64,000 nucleotides of DNA from an uncultured delta proteobacterium (GTDB lineage: Bacteria; Desulfobacterota; Binatia; Binatales; Binataceae): NCBI GenBank assembly GCA_963724765.1, contig CAVRVY010000004.1:512001-576000 (forward strand), given 5' to 3'. Both the position numbers and the translations under genes were made by a program. Under the pieces are notes generated by a model that was given only the letters and a program-made list of their open reading frames with translations, did no database searches and was not told the DNA's origin. Numbering within the stretch: position 1 is the first letter of the stretch; the number at the start of each line of letters is the position of its first letter. Shown one piece after another: positions 12,053 through 22,800 of this stretch.

Positions 12053-13006
12053 TTACGCGACGATGCGATCCGGATGGCAATACAAATTGAAGGTGCCGTT
12101 GCGAAGGAAACCGACCAGCGTGATGCCGACTTCCTCGGCCAGATCGACCGCGAGCGAGGACGGCGCCGAGACCGCGGCCAGGATGGGAACGCCGGCGGCC
12201 GCCGCCTTCTGCACGATCTCGAAGCTGAGCCGCCCGCTCACCGCCATCAGCGCCGCACCAAGCGGCAGCATCCCGTTCATCAACGCGTAGCCGGCCACCT
12301 TGTCGACCGCGTTGTGGCGGCCGACGTCTTCGCGCAGCACCTTGAGTTGCATCGCCGTGACCGGTGTCGCAGCCGAACCGTTTCTCCGCGCGCCGCCGCT
12401 GCGCGAGGTATCCGAGCCCACGCCGTTAGTTGGCTCCGGGTCGCCGGACGGAACGAACAGCGCGGCGGCATGCAATCCGCCGGTCGCGGCGAAGACCTCC
12501 TGCGCACCGCGCATCATCGGCGCAAGCTCGAGGATCGCGCCGGCCGCGACGGTCATCCGCGAGACGATCGGCGCGATGCGGCGCTGGGTCGCCTCGATAC
12601 TGGTCTTGCCGCACACGCCGCAACTCGACGAGATGGTGAAGTTGCGCTTAAGGCGTTGGCGCAGGTTCGCCGCCGGAACGTTGAGAATGACGTCGACCGC
12701 GTTGGGATCGGGCGCGCCTTTGGAACCGCGCAGACGGCGAATCTCGCCGAGGTCGGCGCGCGATTCGATGAAGCCCTCGGCGAGCAGAAAACCGGCGACC
12801 AGTTCTTCGTTGTTGCCCGGCGTGCGCATCGTGAGCGTGAAGCGCCGCCCGCCAAGCCGGATTTCGAGCGGCTCCTCGACCGCGAGCCGGTCGTCCTCGA
12901 GGTCGAAGCGTCCGTCGCGGAATTTGCGCGCCGGATGATGCCGGATGCTCTCGGACGCCGCGGCGCGCTCGGCACTCTCAGCGATCCGATTTGCATCGTC
13001 AGGCAT
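12053..13006 (-). CDS. fdhD: Formate dehydrogenase accessory sulfurtransferase FdhD/FdsC
   Basis: EEPLEI, TMRTPG, SSCGVCGK, TGGLHAA, REDVGRHNAVDK, SGRLSFE. Confidence 0.95.
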   Translation of the reverse strand: MPDDANRIAESAERAAASESIRHHPARKFRDGRFDLEDDRLAVEEPLEIRLGGRRFTLTMRTPGNNEELVAGFLLAEGFIESRADLGEIRRLRGSKGAPDPNAVDVILNVPAANLRQRLKRNFTISSSCGVCGKTSIEATQRRIAPIVSRMTVAAGAILELAPMMRGAQEVFAATGGLHAAALFVPSGDPEPTNGVGSDTSRSGGARRNGSAATPVTAMQLKVLREDVGRHNAVDKVAGYALMNGMLPLGAALMAVSGRLSFEIVQKAAAAGVPILAAVSAPSSLAVDLAEEVGITLVGFLRNGTFNLYCHPDRIVA

Positions 13007-13026
13007 CTGGATCGCCGCCGCGCCGG

Positions 13027-13269
13027 CTATCCGGCCGCCTTGGCGGAAGCTTCGCCTTCGAGAATCCTGACCGCGTCGTGCGCGATCTCGTTGAGACCTT
13101 CGCCGCCTTTGCTGGCCAGGTGGGCGATAATTTCGCGCCGCATCCGGGGATCCCAGAAGCTTCGCAGATGCTGCGCGGTCGCGGCCACGGCCTCGCCGCG
13201 ATCGGGATTCGACGTTTTAAAGAAGTCCGCGATCTGATTGGCCATCGTGACCAGGTGATTGATGTCCAT
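13027..13269 (-). CDS. fdsD: NAD-dependent formate dehydrogenase delta subunit
   Basis: LVTMANQIADFF..HLRSFWDPRMR. Confidence 0.92.
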   Translation of the reverse strand: MDINHLVTMANQIADFFKTSNPDRGEAVAATAQHLRSFWDPRMRREIIAHLASKGGEGLNEIAHDAVRILEGEASAKAAG

Positions 13270-13301
13270 CGCGACGCGTCCTCGATTGGCGCCAGTCCGC
13301 G

Positions 13302-16127
13302 CTAGCGGCCCGCCGCAGCATGCGCGTCCGCGCCTGGCTTCGTCGCACGCCGCGCGCTCGGCTCAGCCGCAGGCATCACTTGCACCGCGGTCACTTTGTA
13401 TTCGGGGCAATTGGTCGCCCAATCGGAGTTTTCGGTGGTCACGATATTGGTGCCGGAGGACTGGTAATGGAAGGTCGTGTAGACGACCCCAGGCGGCACG
13501 CGCTCAGTGACCTGCGCGCGGATCGTGGTCTCGCCGGCGCGGCTGCTGATCTTGACCCACGCGCCGTCGCGCACGCCACGCTCCTCGGCGTCATGCGGAT
13601 GGATCTCGAGTACGTCCTCATGATGCCACGCGACGTTGGCAGTACGGCGGGTCTGTGTGCCGACGTTGTACTGCGAAAGGATGCGCCCGGTGGTGAGGAT
13701 GAGCGGGAAGCGCGGCCCAACTTTCTCGTCGGTAGGGATGTACTCGGTGACCACGAAATGGCCCTTGCCGCGCACGAATTGCCCTATGTGCATCACCGGC
13801 GTGCCCTCGGGCGCCTTGTCATTGCACGGCCATTGCACGGAACCGAGGCGCTCGAGCTTTTCGTAGTTGACGCCGGCGAAGGTCGGGGTCAGGCGCGCGA
13901 TCTCGTCCATTATTTCCGACGGATGCGCGTAGTGCATCGGGTAGCCAAACGCAGCCGAAAGTTCGCAAGTGACCTCCCAGTCGGCCTTGCCGGCCAGCGG
14001 CGGCATCACCTTGCGCACGCGCGAGATGCGCCGCTCGGAGTTGGTGAAGGTGCCGTCCTTTTCGAGAAACGACGAGCCGGGCAGAAAAACGTGCGCGTAC
14101 TTCGCGGTCTCGTTGATAAAGATATCGTGCACGATGATACATTCCATCGCGCCGAGCGCGGCGGTCACGTGATGCGTGTTGGGGTCGGATTGCGCAATAT
14201 CCTCGCCCTCGACGTAGAGCCCTCTGAAGCTGCCGTCGAGCGCCGCGTCGAACATGTTGGGGATGCGCAGGCCCGGCTCCGGATCGAGCTTGACGCCCCA
14301 GGCCGCCTCAAAGGTGCCGCGCATCGCGGCGTCGGAAATATGCCGGTAGCCAGTCAGTTCGTGCGGGAACGATCCCATGTCGCACGATCCCTGCACATTA
14401 TTCTGCCCGCGTAGCGGATTGACGCCGACGCCGTCGCGCCCGAGATTCCCGGTCGCCATCGCGAGGTTCGCCATCCCGAGCACCATCGTGCTGCCCTGGC
14501 TATGCTCGGTCACGCCGAGGCCGTAGTAGATGACCGCGTTGCCGCCGCTTGCGTACAGACGCGCGGCGGCGCGGATTTTCTCCGCCGGCACTCCGGTCAC
14601 TTTCGCGGCGGCCTCGGGCGAGTTGCGCTCCTCGAGGATGAATTTCTTCCACAATTCGTAGGCGGGCCACTCGCAGCGCTCGCGCACGAAATCTTCCTTG
14701 GCGAGCCCTTCGCTCAGCGCCACGTGGGCGAACGCATTGATCAGCGCTACGTTGGTGCCGGGCAGGAGGGGCAAATGATACACCGCCTCGATATGCGGCG
14801 CGCGCACGAGATCTATCGTTCGCGGGTCGGCGACGATTAGCTTCGCGCCCTGGCGCAGACGGCGCTTCATCAGCGAGGCGAACACTGGATGGCCGTCAGT
14901 GGGGTTGCATCCGATCACCAGGACCACATCGGCCTTGAGCACGGAGTCGAAATCCTGGGTGCCGGCCGACGTTCCAAGCGTTGTTTTGAGGCCATAGCCT
15001 GTGGGCGAATGGCAAACACGCGCGCAGGTGTCGACGTTGTTGTTGCCGAAGGCCGCACGCACCATCTTCTGCACCAGGTAGGTCTCCTCGTTGGTGCAGC
15101 GCGATGAAGTGATGCCGCCGATCGAACCGGGGCCATACTTGGACTGAATTTCCTTGAGCCGTTTCGCGGCGTAGCCGATCGCCTCGTCCCACGACACCGT
15201 GCGCCACGCGTCGCTTGTCTTCTCGCGCACCATCGGCGCGAGCACGCGGTCGCGATGCGTCGCGTAGCCCCACGCGAAGCGTCCCTTGACGCAGGAATGG
15301 CCGTGATTCGACATCCCGTCCTTGTTCGGCACCATGCGGACGACTTCGTCGCCCTTCACTTCCGCCTTGAACGAGCATCCGACGCCGCAATAACCGCAGG
15401 TGGTGGTGACGGAGCGCTCGGCCACGCCCTTTTCGATCGTCGACTTCTCGACCAGCGCGTCGGTGGGACAGGCTTGCACGCAGGCTCCGCACGAAACGCA
15501 CTCGGACTCGAAGAACGGCTGATGCTGGCTCGGCGAAACGACTGAATTAAAACCGCGTCCGTCGATGGTCAGCGCGAAGGTGCCCTGGACCTCCTCGCAC
15601 GCGCGCACGCATCGCGAGCACACGATGCATCGCGCGGGATCGAAAGCGAAGTACGGATTGGAGGCGTCGCGCGCGGCGTCCAGATGATTTTTGCCCTCGA
15701 AGCCGTAGCGCATCTCGCCGAGCCCCACCGCGTCGGCCATCGCGTGCAACTCGCAGTTGCCATTGCCAGCGCATGCCGCACGATCCGGCGGATGATCCGA
15801 CATGTAGAGTTCCATCACGCCGCGCCGCAGCCGCTCGAGCATTTCGGATTTCGTGCGCACCTTCATCCCGGACTCGACCGGCGTGGTACACGAGGCCGGA
15901 TAGCCGTTGCGCCCTTCGACCTGGATCAAGCAGAGGCGGCATGAGCCGAACGGCTCGAGCGAGTCGGTCGCGCAGAGCTTGGGAATCGCGACGTCAGCGA
16001 GCGCCGCCGCGCGCAGAACCGAGGTGCCCTCGGGTACCGTGACCTCGCGGCCGTCAACTTCGAGCGTAATGAGTTTGGCGGAAGTCCTTGGCGGCGTCCC
16101 GTAGTCGCGATCGGTTTTCGATAGCAC
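13302..16127 (-). CDS. fdsA: NAD-dependent Mo formate dehydrogenase alpha subunit (Cys-type)
   Basis: IPKLC..GSCRLC 2Fe-2S, two CxxCxxCxxxC motifs, CGYCGVGC..CVKG, DTCARVCH active site, LRGQNNVQG. Confidence 0.96.
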   Translation of the reverse strand: MLSKTDRDYGTPPRTSAKLITLEVDGREVTVPEGTSVLRAAALADVAIPKLCATDSLEPFGSCRLCLIQVEGRNGYPASCTTPVESGMKVRTKSEMLERLRRGVMELYMSDHPPDRAACAGNGNCELHAMADAVGLGEMRYGFEGKNHLDAARDASNPYFAFDPARCIVCSRCVRACEEVQGTFALTIDGRGFNSVVSPSQHQPFFESECVSCGACVQACPTDALVEKSTIEKGVAERSVTTTCGYCGVGCSFKAEVKGDEVVRMVPNKDGMSNHGHSCVKGRFAWGYATHRDRVLAPMVREKTSDAWRTVSWDEAIGYAAKRLKEIQSKYGPGSIGGITSSRCTNEETYLVQKMVRAAFGNNNVDTCARVCHSPTGYGLKTTLGTSAGTQDFDSVLKADVVLVIGCNPTDGHPVFASLMKRRLRQGAKLIVADPRTIDLVRAPHIEAVYHLPLLPGTNVALINAFAHVALSEGLAKEDFVRERCEWPAYELWKKFILEERNSPEAAAKVTGVPAEKIRAAARLYASGGNAVIYYGLGVTEHSQGSTMVLGMANLAMATGNLGRDGVGVNPLRGQNNVQGSCDMGSFPHELTGYRHISDAAMRGTFEAAWGVKLDPEPGLRIPNMFDAALDGSFRGLYVEGEDIAQSDPNTHHVTAALGAMECIIVHDIFINETAKYAHVFLPGSSFLEKDGTFTNSERRISRVRKVMPPLAGKADWEVTCELSAAFGYPMHYAHPSEIMDEIARLTPTFAGVNYEKLERLGSVQWPCNDKAPEGTPVMHIGQFVRGKGHFVVTEYIPTDEKVGPRFPLILTTGRILSQYNVGTQTRRTANVAWHHEDVLEIHPHDAEERGVRDGAWVKISSRAGETTIRAQVTERVPPGVVYTTFHYQSSGTNIVTTENSDWATNCPEYKVTAVQVMPAAEPSARRATKPGADAHAAAGR

Positions 16128-16240
16128 GGCTCAATCTCCTCGCGATACCTATGCGTCCCGGCCGAGCGAGTCGGGCGAGTCTGGCAGGCGCGATTTCGGC
16201 GCGCCGAACAACTTCAACCAGTTGATTAAGTTTAGCGCGT

Positions 16241-17815
16241 TCAGCCGGTCCATGCCACGTCGCTCCGCGAAAGGCCAAAGTCCTCGGGAAAATGGCGCAG
16301 CGCGCTCAACACCGGCAACGGCGTCAGGCCGCCTAGCGCGCACAGCGATCCGTAGGTCATTGTATCGCAAAGGTCGCGCAGCAGCCCCATCGCGACCGCG
16401 CGGTCGGGAGCGCGCGCGATTCGATCGAGCACCTCGGCGCCGCGCATCGATCCGATTCGACACGGAGTGCATTTGCCGCACGACTCGATCGCGCAGAACT
16501 CGAACGCCCAGCGCGCCTGATGGGCAAGATCGACCGTGTCGTCGAAGACCACAATTCCGCCGTGGCCGACGATGCCTTTTTTTGCGGCGAACGCCTCGTA
16601 GTCCATCGGCAGGTCGAGCATGCTCGCGGGAAAATAAGCGCCGAGCGGACCGCCGACCTGCACCGCGCGCAGCGGACGTCCGCTCCAGGTGCCGCCGCCG
16701 TAGTCTTCCACGAGATCGCGGAGCGTGACGCCGAAGGCTTTCTCGACCAGTCCTGGATGCTTGACGTTGCCGGCGAGTTGGATCGGCAGCGTGCCGCGTG
16801 AGCGGCCCATCCCGTAGTCCTTGTAGAAGGCGCCGCCGCGCGCGAGGATTACCGGCACGGTGGCGAGCGAGACGACGTTGTTCACGATCGTCGGCTGCCC
16901 GAACAGTCCGGCAAGCGCAGGCACCGGCGGCTTGTAACGCACCATCCCGCGCTTGCCCTCGAGGCTCTCGAGCATCGCGGTCTCCTCGCCACAGATGTAT
17001 GCGCCGGCGCCGAGCCGCACTTCGAGGTTGAAGGTACGCGCGCTGCCGGCGATTTTCTCGCCCAGGTAGCCGCGATTGTAGGCCGTGCCAATCGCCTCGT
17101 TCAGCGTGCGCAGCGCGTGCGGATATTCCGAGCGCAAATAGATGTACCCCTGCGTCGCGCCCGCGCATACCGCGGCGATCGTCATGCCTTCGATCAGAAC
17201 GAACGGGTCACCCTCCATAATCATGCGGTCGGAGAAGGTGCCCGAATCGCCCTCGTCGGCATTGCAGACGACATATTTCTGGCGCGCGGAGGCCTGCTGC
17301 GTGGTGCGCCATTTTATTCCCGCGGGAAAGCCCGCGCCGCCGCGCCCGCGCAATCCCGATTCGGTGATTTCTTCGACGACTTTTTCCGCGGAGATCGAAA
17401 GCGCACGCTCCAATCCCCGATAGCCTCCGTGCGCGACGTAATCATCCAGCGAGACTGGATCGACAATCCCCACGCGCACGAAGGTCAGGCGCTCCTGACG
17501 TTTGAGATAGGGAATCTCCTCCGTCAAGCCGAGCGCCAGGCGATGCTGCCCGCCGCGCAGAGAACCGGAATCGAGAAAACCGGAATCGAAGAGCGCGGGA
17601 ACGTCGGCCGGCGTGACCGGCCCGTGGGCGACGCGGCCGCGGGCCGTCTCAACCTCGACCATCGGCTCCAGCCAGAACATCCCGCGCGATCCGTTGCGAA
17701 CCAGGCGCAGATCGATATTGCGACGGGCCGCCTCGGCCACGATCGCGTCGGCGACTTTGCCTGCGCCGAGCGAGAGCGCCGAAGAGTCGCGCGGTACGTA
17801 TATCGTCGCCCTCAT
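16241..17815 (-). CDS. fdsB: NAD-dependent formate dehydrogenase beta subunit (NuoF-like)
   Basis: RNGSRGMFWLEP, GRGGAGFP, NADEGD, YICGEETA, ESCGKCTPCR..SLC. Confidence 0.95.
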   Translation of the reverse strand: MRATIYVPRDSSALSLGAGKVADAIVAEAARRNIDLRLVRNGSRGMFWLEPMVEVETARGRVAHGPVTPADVPALFDSGFLDSGSLRGGQHRLALGLTEEIPYLKRQERLTFVRVGIVDPVSLDDYVAHGGYRGLERALSISAEKVVEEITESGLRGRGGAGFPAGIKWRTTQQASARQKYVVCNADEGDSGTFSDRMIMEGDPFVLIEGMTIAAVCAGATQGYIYLRSEYPHALRTLNEAIGTAYNRGYLGEKIAGSARTFNLEVRLGAGAYICGEETAMLESLEGKRGMVRYKPPVPALAGLFGQPTIVNNVVSLATVPVILARGGAFYKDYGMGRSRGTLPIQLAGNVKHPGLVEKAFGVTLRDLVEDYGGGTWSGRPLRAVQVGGPLGAYFPASMLDLPMDYEAFAAKKGIVGHGGIVVFDDTVDLAHQARWAFEFCAIESCGKCTPCRIGSMRGAEVLDRIARAPDRAVAMGLLRDLCDTMTYGSLCALGGLTPLPVLSALRHFPEDFGLSRSDVAWTG

Positions 17816-18297
17816 CGGCGGCGCTCCTTACGCTGCGCCAGCAGCTCGTCGAAACGCGCCGGGCTCACCCGCCCATAAAGCTCGTCGTTGAGAACCATCG
17901 CCGGCGAGCATCCGCAATTCCCCAGGCAGTACACGGCCTCCAGCGTGAAGTCGCCGTCGAGCGTGGTCTCGCCGAATCCTACGCCGAGGCGTCCGCGCAC
18001 GTGATCGGCCAACGCGACCGCGCCCATCGCCTGACACGACTCGGCGCGGCATAGCCGAATCACATTGCGGCCCGGCGGCTGATGGCGAAAATCGTGATAG
18101 AAGGTGACGACGCCGTGGACCTCGGCGCGAGAGAGATTAAGCACCTGGGCGATTATCGGCACGCTGTCGCGCGGCACATAGCCAAAACGGTCCTGGACCT
18201 CGTGCAGAATGAGCATGAGGGCGCCGGGCCGCTCTTTGAGCCGCGCAGCGATCGCCTCGACCGCCGCCGGGTCGAAGCCGTTTTGATTCTGGTTCAT
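17812..18297 (-). CDS. fdsG: NAD-dependent formate dehydrogenase gamma subunit (NuoE-like)
   Basis: LSRAEVHGVVTFYHDF, CRAESC, CLGNC; ATGA overlap with fdsB. Confidence 0.94.
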   Translation of the reverse strand: MNQNQNGFDPAAVEAIAARLKERPGALMLILHEVQDRFGYVPRDSVPIIAQVLNLSRAEVHGVVTFYHDFRHQPPGRNVIRLCRAESCQAMGAVALADHVRGRLGVGFGETTLDGDFTLEAVYCLGNCGCSPAMVLNDELYGRVSPARFDELLAQRKERRR

Positions 18298-18463
18298 TAA
18301 GCGATCCCGCTCTGTCTTCGTCAAGGTTCCGCCAGCGGCGGCGCTTTCGTCAAGAGTAAGGCGCTGGCGCCGTTATCATATATGGAGAAGGCTCTCGCGG
18401 TTGCAATGCGATTGCTAGCGACTGCTATGATAGTTCTCAAGGTCAACGCGGAGACCAACAGCC

Positions 18464-18916
18464 ATGATGCGCGAGTTCAGGTTCGAGGACGAGATGCATA
18501 CGACGCTCGCGTGCGTACCAATGGCGGTGCGGCGCAAGCTCGATCGGGTCGGGGTCAAAGTCGGGCTCGATCAATGGAACGCGCTCGGGCGCGGCGAGCG
18601 GCTGGCGATTTGCCATCTGCCGGTCGAGCGCCATGAAGAACGCGAGGCTATGAGGCTGTTCATCAACGAAGCGGTGCGGCGCGTCTGCGGCGAAGAGCCG
18701 CGCGCCCTCGGCGAGGCGCAGCGCGCCAGCGCCGACCCGCCGGCGAGGTTGCCCGCGCCGCTCGCCGAGCGCGCTCGCGCGGCGGGCGTGGTGCTCGACC
18801 AGGCGGCGTGGGAACGGCTCGACGCCGATGAGCGTTACGCGCTGGTCAAGCTCGGCGGCGGGGCCGACGTGAGCCACAATCTCGCCGCCGCGCTCGCCGA
18901 ATTCGTGCAGCGCTAG
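18464..18916 (+). CDS. Nitrate-reductase-associated (NarM-like) family protein
   Basis: FRFEDE..LACVPMAVRRKLDRVGVKV..QW and W..L...ERYALVKL..HNL..ALAEF match this family as recalled. Confidence 0.75.
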   Translation: MMREFRFEDEMHTTLACVPMAVRRKLDRVGVKVGLDQWNALGRGERLAICHLPVERHEEREAMRLFINEAVRRVCGEEPRALGEAQRASADPPARLPAPLAERARAAGVVLDQAAWERLDADERYALVKLGGGADVSHNLAAALAEFVQR

Positions 18917-18943
18917 ATTTTCACCGAAGGTGGCGCGTGTCGC

Positions 18944-19780
18944 TCACTTGCGTGCGAAATGATCGAGCACCGCGCGCCCCGAGCCGAGCCTGAAACTCGC
19001 GCGCAGCGCCGCCGTCACGTAGCGCTTGGCGCGGCGCACGGCGCCGGTGAGGTCAATCCCCAGTGCGAGATAGGCGGCGATCGCGGCCGACAGCGCGCAT
19101 CCGAGACCATGCGCATCGCCAGCGCGAATTCGCGCCGCGCGCAATTCGAGGAATTCGTGGCCGTCGTAAAGCAGGTCGATTGAGTGTGTCCGCGCTTCGG
19201 AGGACGAACCTGGATGACCGCCTTTGATTAGCACTGCGCGTGCGCCCGCTTTGCCGAGCGCGCGCGCCATCGCGCGAATCGCCGCCGGGCTCGCACCGTC
19301 AACGCCGCTCAGCGCCCGTGCCTCGGCGAGATTGGGCGTGACGATTCGGGCGATCGGGAGCAGGCGCTCGAGCAGCGCACGCTCGCCGGCGGGGTCGAGC
19401 AGCCGCGCGCCGGCGCTCGAAATCAGCACCGGGTCGAGTACCGGCGCGGGCAGATCGAGCCGCGCGATCGCGTCCGCCACCGCCTCGACGATTTTCGCAG
19501 TGCCGAGCGCGCCGGTCTTGATCGCGTCGGGGCAGCGCTCGGCGGCGAGGGTTTCGATCTGCGCCGCTACCATCGCGGCATCGACCGGCGCAACGCGATT
19601 GACGGTCGAGCTGTTCTGCGCGATCACCGCGGTGATTGCCGAGTAGCCGTAAACGCCGATCGCGGCGAAGGTCTTGAGGTCGGCCTGGATTCCGGCGCCA
19701 CCGCCAGGATCGCTGCCCGCGATCGTGAGCGCTACGCTTCTGTGCTGCCTGGGGCTGGACGTACGGGCGGTTTTTTTCAC
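18944..19780 (-). CDS. thiD: Hydroxymethylpyrimidine/phosphomethylpyrimidine kinase
   Basis: [44 protein letters not shown]. Confidence 0.95.
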   Translation of the reverse strand: MKKTARTSSPRQHRSVALTIAGSDPGGGAGIQADLKTFAAIGVYGYSAITAVIAQNSSTVNRVAPVDAAMVAAQIETLAAERCPDAIKTGALGTAKIVEAVADAIARLDLPAPVLDPVLISSAGARLLDPAGERALLERLLPIARIVTPNLAEARALSGVDGASPAAIRAMARALGKAGARAVLIKGGHPGSSSEARTHSIDLLYDGHEFLELRAARIRAGDAHGLGCALSAAIAAYLALGIDLTGAVRRAKRYVTAALRASFRLGSGRAVLDHFARK

Positions 19781-19813
19781 CGGCTCACTTCTTGAACGCG
19801 CTTGCGCCGCATT

Positions 19814-22800
19814 TCAGTCGCCCAAATCATCGAGCAGCTCTCTGGCGGTCTTCAAATCGGCGGTGTCGAACCCTTCGGTGAACCAGCCGTAGATCTCGCC
19901 GAGCATTGCGCGGGCCTCGTCACGCTTACCCTGCGCCTTCAACAGTCGTGCGAGACTTAGCGTCGCGCGCAACTCCCATGATCTCGCGCCTTGGCGGCGC
20001 GCGCTCGCGACGGCCTGACGAAAAGCGCTCTCAGCCGTCGAAACCTTTGAAGGAGCCTGCAGCAGAACCAACTCACCTTTGACTCGATAAAGCTCCGCCT
20101 CGAGAAATCGGAGTCCGGTTTTCTCCATCAGCTCCATTTCTTCGGCGATTGCGGCGCTTCCCTCCTCCAAGCGTCCGAGCTTCGCGTAAGCTTCCGCCAG
20201 CGACAGTTTCCAGGCGCCGGCCACGGCGCCGGTCATCTCAACCGAGGCCGCGCCGCGGCGCAGTTTGACGATTCCCTCTTCGACCTCTCCCTCGGCCACC
20301 AGCGCCTGCCCCCGCAGGAACACCGCCTGAGCGGACCACAATAAAAATCCGCGTTCGCTGGCAAGCGAAGCCAGCGCCTCGGTCGACTCATGTGCTGTCC
20401 GTTCGTCTCCAAGGTAACGATGGAGCTCGGCGGCCAGGTTCAGCGCAAAGGCCAGCGAATGGGGCCCCGATTTGCGAGCCTCGGAAAGCGCCTCGCGGCT
20501 TCGCGCCAGCGCCTGAGCCGGATAGCCGAGGATGAAGAGATCGCGCGACGAGTGCGCCAGGAGCATCGTCCGTGGTTCTCCGATTTCGAAAAACGCAAAA
20601 GTCGTCGGAACATAATCCAACGCGATTCCCTTCGAGGCGAGGTCGCGCGCGGCACCGAACTCGCCCAGGTCGGACAAGGTCTCGGCCATCGCCGAGTAAG
20701 CCGCCATCCGCATCGCGGAGTTTTGAGAGCGCTCCGCAAGCTCGATTTGCCGCTCGCCCAGCTCGCGCGCCGCGCGCAGCTCCAATCTCAGCATGTGGAA
20801 GAACTGGAGCGCGTAGGCCACCCAAAAGAGTTGCACCTGTTCGCCAAGCTTCTCGCACAGATTTCGCGCGCGGGTGAAAACCATCGCCACCTCTTCTGCG
20901 GCGGGGCCTTTCGTGGCAATCAGATAGGGGCCCAGGTCAGCCCGTAACGCCAGTTCCTGACGGTCGCGTTCCAGATTATCGGGCAGACTGCCGAGCAGCT
21001 CCAGCGCGGCTGTGAAGTGGCCTATCGCTTCGTCGTAGGCCATGCGCCCGGCGGCTTGTTGCCCGGCCAGGTGACGGTATTTCACGGCGCTGCGCGCGTT
21101 TCCGCTCTGGCCGTAGTGATGCGCCAGATCGCTCAAGTGATCGTCGAGCCGTTTGGGGTACAGCGCTTCGATCGCTGCCGCGGCGGATTCGTGAAGCTGC
21201 CTGCGGCGCTCGAGCAACAGCGTCTTGTAAGCCACTTCCAGCGTGAGCGCGTGCTTGAATATATACTCGGCTTCGGGAAGAGCCGGTTGCTCATAGATGA
21301 ACTCGGCAAGCTGAAGAGCGGACAGCATCCGGTCCAATTCGCTGTCGGATTTCCTGACCATCCGCGTGATTAGGCCGCGCGGAAACTCGCGGCCGATTAC
21401 CGCCAGCGTCTGCAGCAGTTCCTTCTCGTCGGCAGGCAGCCGGTCGATACGCGAGGCGACGATTCCCTGCACTGTCGCGGGCACCTTGATTTCCGCGAGC
21501 GCGCGGGTGAGTTTTAGCGCGCCATTGCGCGCCAGTGTGCCGTCGTCGAACAGCGCCTGCACCATCTCCTCGATGAAGAACGGATTGCCCTCGGTTCGCT
21601 CCGCGATCATCCGCCTGAGCGCCGCGAGCCCAGCCGAGTCACCGAGCAGCGCGGAGAGCAGTTGCTCGACGCTCTCGCCGGCCAGCGGATCGAGGCGCAA
21701 CTGCGTGTAGTAAGTGCGGTTGCCCCATTCGTGGCGATACTCGGGTCGGTAGTTGACTAGCAGCAGGACGCGCGCATTGGCGAGCGAGTCGGCGAGCAGG
21801 TTCAGCCAGGACTGGGTTTCGCCGTCAACCCAATGCAGGTCCTCGAACACGACGATCAGCGGCTGGTTGAGGCTTTCGCGCAACACGATCCGTTTGAGCG
21901 TCTCCTGCGTGCGGCGCCGCCGCGTCTGCACGTCCATCTGCGCAAACGGATCCTCGCCTTCGTGGATACCGAGCAGCACGAAGAGGTGCGGCAGTACGTC
22001 TTCGAGGCTCTGGTCGAGCGCGAGCAGTTTGCCGATCACTTTTTCGCGGCGCTTGCGGCCGTCGTCGGCGGAGTCGATTCCGAAGTAGCCGTGAAGCATT
22101 TCGATAACCGGCAGATAGGCCGAGGCCTTGCCGTGCGAGACCGAATACGCTTCCAGGATCAGGCAATCGCCCGCTGCCACCGCCTTGAACTCATAGGCCA
22201 GGCGCGATTTACCCACCCCCGCGTCGCCCATCGCGGCGACCACCTGCCCGTGACCCGCACGCACCAGTTCCAGCGCGCGGCGCATCTGCGCCAGTTCGTG
22301 CTCGCGGCCCACGAACCGCGTAAGCCCGCGCCGCGCGGCGGCCTCCAACCGCGTGCGCAACGGGCCGAGTCCCGTGACCTCGTAAACGTTGATCGGCTCG
22401 CTCGCTCCTTTGACCCGCGCCGGTCCCAGGAGCCGAAAAGCGAAATAGCCGGCACATAGCCGCTCGGTTGTTTCGGTGACCGCGATCGAGCCGATCGGCG
22501 CCAACACCTGCATCCGCGCGGCTATTCCCGTACTATGGCCGATCGGCGTGTACTCGGCGTGCTCACCGGTCTGGATCGAGCGCACGACGACTTCGCCGGT
22601 GTTCACTCCGACGCGCACCTGCAATGGCGCGCGGCCCTCGACGCGCAGGCGATCGGCGTAGCGGCGCATCTCCTGCTGCATCCGGAGCGCGGCATAGAGC
22701 GCGCGCTGCGGATGGTCTTCATGTGCGATCGGCGCGCCAAACAGCGCGAACACGCCATCGCCGGTCGATTGCACGACGTGGCCGCCGTAACAATGCGCCG

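Noticed and set aside
13302-16127. Selenocysteine formate dehydrogenase
   Set aside because: The active site is encoded as Cys (CARVCH) with no in-frame TGA.
19781-19813. TPP riboswitch upstream of thiD
   Set aside because: Only 33 nt separate thiD from the cyclase stop and no CUGAGA core is visible.
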